This document shows, piece after piece, positions 59,747 to 64,000 of a DNA stretch of 64,000 bases. Position 1 is the stretch's first letter; every line of letters starts with the position of its first letter. The position numbers and the translations under genes are program-made. The DNA is from Setoptus koraiensis. Lineage: Eukaryota > Animalia > Arthropoda. Below the pieces are notes generated by a model. That model was not told the origin of the DNA. It saw nothing but the letters and a program-made list of their open reading frames with translations, and did no database searches. The stretch is taken from contig CM106585.1 of assembly GCA_048013815.1 (NCBI GenBank), positions 12,028,001 to 12,092,000 on the forward strand. The letters are read 5' to 3'.

Positions 59747-61421
59747 AATCATGTGCAGCAAATGTGCACGCGACACACACACCTGGCCGTCTAGCGGACG
59801 TCGCCGGAGACAATTGCGCACACATCATGTGTGACACATGTCGCCTGAATCATGTGTTCATGTGTCGCATTGTGTGGCCTAGACTGGCCCCCAGCGAATG
59901 ACCAAAATCAATCTGCGCCCTCTATCCGTCTGTTTGCTTCGGAATTCGGAAGTGTGATTGCGCAACAGTAGCCGCGGCCAGTGGCCAGCGGCAAACGAAC
60001 GCCACTGTGCAAACAAACTGCCCACACTTATCGCCAACAATGTAAATACCTGCAGCGAACGCTTCGCTGTGCGCGTTAGGAAGTCGCTGGCAAGACAAGG
60101 AATTGCTGCAACAATCACACTTGTTACAGGCTGTTACCTGGCCACTGTGTGGTTGCGCAACAGTTGGCAGCAACAGCCGACACCGAAGGCAGCGCTGGCC
60201 AGTGGCGGCGGCCAGCGCCGGCAACAGGCCAGCGATTTGCAGTTTGTCGGTCATCGTCCCACTAACGCCGATATCGATGATATCACACAAAACCACACAT
60301 CGCAGCAGCTCGGCGCCACCGACGCCGACAGCAACGCTCACCTGTCGCCGTCACCTGTGCGGCCCGATGGCCGTTGGCGCACCGTTGCCACTGTTGGCCG
60401 ATTTCCGCATTGTCCGCGTTATCCGCGCCGCACCGCGCCGCGCGGCCAGCAATGCGCAATGCACGGGCCCGCGGTGGTCAGCGCGCGGGCCGTTGATGGA
60501 TGTTGCGAAAATTGCGCAACTGTGCACGACGATGCGCCCAACCATCATCGATCATTACGCAACAAGCGTGCGCAGTCCATTATCTATCTGTGTTGCCGTT
60601 ACCTGTAGCACTGTCCATGGTGATAGTGCTGTCATGAGGCGATATTGTGGCCGACGCGCCATGATAGACCGACACATATAAGCCCCTACAAGACGATATA
60701 AGCCCGTACAAGACGATACAAGACCGCATTAGACCGACCGGCCCGTTGCCCGATGACCGCGCCGCGCGCCACACGCAACCGCCGGCATCGGGAAAATCTG
60801 TTACCAGAATTGTGTTACCAGAGTCATGTTACCAGAGTCGAGCGGCGAGAGCGGCCACTTTGACAACGTCGCACGGCGGTGTGTCAAAAGTCAGCTGTGT
60901 CGAGCCGCTCGGTCAGCTGATTGTCATGTCTGTCAGTTTAGATGCAGCGGCAGCCGGTCGCTATTAGTGACTAGTCACTAACACAGTGAGACACTAACAC
61001 TGTGAGTAAAACACACACACACACACACACCTGACGGGAGCCACCGATGATGATGCAATCGGCAATGCACAAGTCAAGAAGGCGGAATTGGCACATTGGC
61101 TGGCCGGCGGCTGACTAGCAAGCTGTTCGGTTGGCGTTATCACTTTTCAAAAAGCTACCTGTTGCGGTTGCCTTCGCAACGGCCCGCTCTGACATGTCCG
61201 TCCGTCCGTCTGTATGTGTGTCTGTGTATCTTTGTGTCTGTGTGTCGGTGTGTCGGTCGTGTGTGTGTGTGTGTCCGTTGAAACATAACGGATCTCTAGC
61301 GGCTGCTATTATATAATGGAAACTGATGATGTTGTTGTTGTTGTTGTTGTTGCATCTCGTTGGCATTCCACATCAGTGTGCACACTTCTGACAGTTGTAC
61401 AGGTGCACATAACTGTACAGC

Positions 61422-61423
<2 letters not shown>

Positions 61424-61460
<37 letters not shown>
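61424..61460 (+). repeat. (GT)n microsatellite
   Basis: Uninterrupted dinucleotide run. Confidence 0.9.
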
Positions 61461-61464
<4 letters not shown>

Positions 61465-61929
61465 GCGGCAGCCAACGTTGCATAATGACGCCGCTCTCTA
61501 CCTGTGCTGTCTGTTCGCTTCGCTGTTCACCGCATTATACACACATGTAATATATTATACACATCACGGCGACAAGAAGCGATCAGAGAGTTGAATGACC
61601 CGAAAAAAGGGCACGAGCGGCGCGACCGGCGCCAACGCCGGCACCAGCGGCAACGGCGCCGCACGGTCCGAGATCTATGGGCATGAGTTGCCGGCCGGCC
61701 GGCCGGCGTTGCGCAACTTGGCCATTGGGTCCGCTCGGACATGACCGGCGCCACAACTGGCAGCCGATTCAAATTGACCACAAGCCAGCTCAAATTGACC
61801 ACTGGCCAGCTCGCATCTGTCCCCGAGCGCCGACAGAAGTACAGTTATCGCGCGGATTGCGGGCATCGCCGAGAAAGAAAGAGGAAGTGTTATGTGTTGT
61901 ACGACACTGTGTCGAGGAGTAGCAGTAGC

Positions 61930-62118
61930 CAACAACAGCAGCAACAACAGCAGCAACAACAGCAACAACAGCAGCAACAACAGCAGCAACAGCAGCAACA
62001 ACAGCAACAGCAACAGCAACAGCAACAACAACAGCAACAACAGCGGCAACAGCAACAACAACAGCAACAGCAACAGCAACAGCAACAACAACAGCAACAA
62101 CAGCGGCAACAGCAACAA

Positions 62119-62160
<42 letters not shown>
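61930..62160 (+). repeat. CAA/CAG trinucleotide tract (77 triplets) with a 60-bp internal higher-order duplication
   Basis: Seen directly; the segments starting at 62041 and 62101 begin identically. Confidence 0.9.
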
Positions 62161-62161
<1 letters not shown>

Positions 62162-62320
62162 TAGAAATAAATGGGACACACGGATAACGTTATTTTAGTT
62201 GTGGCGCTGCGCTCTCGGCGTGCATATCGGCTGGCCAGATATATATTGAGTGCTCTTGGCCAGTATCGGTAACCTTTCGACAGGCCAGTTTACTTTTGGA
62301 TGCTCGACGGGCGCGCATTC

Positions 62321-62450
62321 TTTTCGCTTCCATCGGCTTCGCTCGGCTTCTCAGGGCTTCTCAGGGCTTCTCAGAGCTTCGCAGGGCTTCGTTCGGCTTC
62401 GTTCGGCTTCGTTCGGCTTCGTTCGACTTCTGCCGGCCTCCCCGGCTTCT
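62321..62450 (+). repeat. 10-bp minisatellite NNNNGGCTTC
   Basis: About 12 degenerate copies. Confidence 0.8.
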
Positions 62451-63137
62451 CGAGATTCTCTCTACGGCCACAGCCGGTCGCTTGTGTGTTGCGCAACAGC
62501 GCAAACGAATGCAAACTAATTCAACAAACTAAATTAGGCACTCCGCTTACCTTGCCCGTTAAACGCTTCCTCTTCCTCTCCCTCGCACAGGCAGCCTCGC
62601 ATTGCCTCATTATAGCCGCCTGGCGCTGTTGTTGGCGCTGTTGTTGTTGTTGTTGGTGTTGTTGCCGTCGTTGTTGTCGGTCGCGCCCGTGTTGTTGTTA
62701 CTTTTAACCGCACTTTCTATATATATGCCTCCCCCCTCTCTCTCTCTCTCTCGCCTGGATTAGTCAGATTGGTGCCGATTGCGCTAATCATGGGAGCCAT
62801 CGCTCTCCCGTCACACCGATGCCACCACGACCACCACGACCATGGTGACGGGTCGCACTTCCTAGTTCCTTTATGGTGCACTCAATCACTTGATTGCTGC
62901 ACCACAGCCTGTGGTTTGCTGGGGCGACGGCGCCGCCAAGCGGCCGAGCACTCAACCAGAAACTCGTGACTTGCGGTGTTACACTCGCCAAATACGTGCT
63001 GCTCGGCACACCTGTTGTCGTTGTTGGTCGAAATGGGCTTATTCGAGCAGCCGTTGGGTGAGCAGTTGCATCTTTGGTGTTTTTGGTCGTATTTTTTTGG
63101 TCGCTCGATGGGCGCAATCTGCCGAAAGGAATCTACC

Positions 63138-63293
63138 GTCGAAATTTCTGACTGTCGATATTTCCGATTGTCGATATTTCCGATTGTCGATATTTCTGAC
63201 TGTCGATATTTCTGACTGTCGATATTTCCGACTGTCGATATTTCCGACTGTCGATATTTCCGACTGTCGATATTTCCGACTGTCGATATTTCG
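63138..63293 (+). repeat. 16-bp minisatellite GTCGATATTTC(C/T)GA(C/T)T, about 10 copies
   Basis: Head-to-tail units without spacers; each unit has GTCG...CGAC self-complementary ends. Confidence 0.9.
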
Positions 63294-64000
63294 TACCTGC
63301 ACGCCCAGTCCGGAGCATTGTTCAAAGCTCGGCTTGTCGATATTTCGTCTGTCGAGATTGTGTACGTCGAGATTGTGTGCATCGAGACCGCGCCGATCCA
63401 GAGCGGTGGCCGTGCGTGCGAGCAGTTGCGAACGGGATGAACGGGATCCGCTGGCGAGCCGGTGTGCCCACTGACAGCTGTCAAAAGTCACAAACGACGG
63501 CACACACACACACACAAGTCAGATCATGTGTTCTCGACAACACCAGCAACAGCAACAACACCAGCAACAGCGGCAACAGCGGCAACAGCAACGACAGCAA
63601 CAACTACAGTCAGCTGATTAGAGTTGGCGGACGGCGAGAACCGTTATGGCTGGCTGTTGTTGGGCTGTTTCTGTTTCTATGGCAACGACTGACACAGTGC
63701 CGTCAAGACGATGCAGACGAAAAGAGCAGAAAAAACGGTGTAGCTGTAACTGTTGTTGTTGTTGTTGTTGTTGTTGCAGCTTGTTGTGTCTCAACAATGC
63801 CTCTGAATTGTCCACCGGCATTACATCATCATCATCATCATCGTCGTCATCACCATCATCGTCATAGTCGTCGTCATGTTATCCGCGTGACTCGCACTGG
63901 CAAGCTCGCCCAGTCATTTCGTCTGGGTGTCTAATTACTGCCGGGATCATTGACTCTTGATAACAACAACTACAACCTGTTTTTTGGCTCACTTTGTCCG

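Noticed and set aside
63138-63293. CRISPR-like array
   Set aside because: Repeats are head-to-tail with no unique spacers, there are no cas genes, and the context is eukaryotic.
57555-64000. Remaining ABCG transmembrane exons
   Set aside because: No phase-2 exon continuing the TMD was found; matches such as SVIAQQ and LAQSF end in stops, so the gene probably continues beyond the window.

Overview
Eukaryotic (animal) genomic DNA with GT-AG spliceosomal introns; no prokaryotic features, CRISPR, rRNA or convincing tRNA. The proteins are arthropod-like, and the compact, intron-poor genes suggest a miniaturised mite genome (eriophyoid-like; inference only). There are three zones. (1) About 6-25 kb and 43-46 kb: AT-rich, tightly packed housekeeping genes with 0-3 short introns (ECH1-like, TRIC/TMEM38, C2-less rabphilin/Noc2-like, SCCPDH, ATP5IF1, ILVBL, ANKRD27-like VPS9 protein, SART1, REEP5, nicotinamidase, BPNT1, eIF3j). 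Several appear to have lost whole domains. (2) 26.8-31.4 kb: three intronless orphan secreted-protein ORFs, two preceded by the same 52-bp upstream element, with Pro/Arg-rich and Arg/Trp-rich C-terminal peptides. (3) About 35-42 kb and 46-64 kb: GC-richer, repeat-laden DNA holding a 10-exon NRF-6/acyltransferase-3 gene and a 3'-incomplete ABCG half-transporter. The ABCG Walker A is split by a 19-nt microexon, its NBD-TMD linker is expanded to about 1000 aa of Q/N/H/D-rich sequence, and its introns are packed with perfect hairpins and long-range complementary segments. Exon boundaries were derived by hand from splice consensus plus reading frame. Regions 1-5.9 kb, 24.6-26.8 kb, 31.4-37.2 kb and 57.6-64 kb are not explained by any recognisable CDS.
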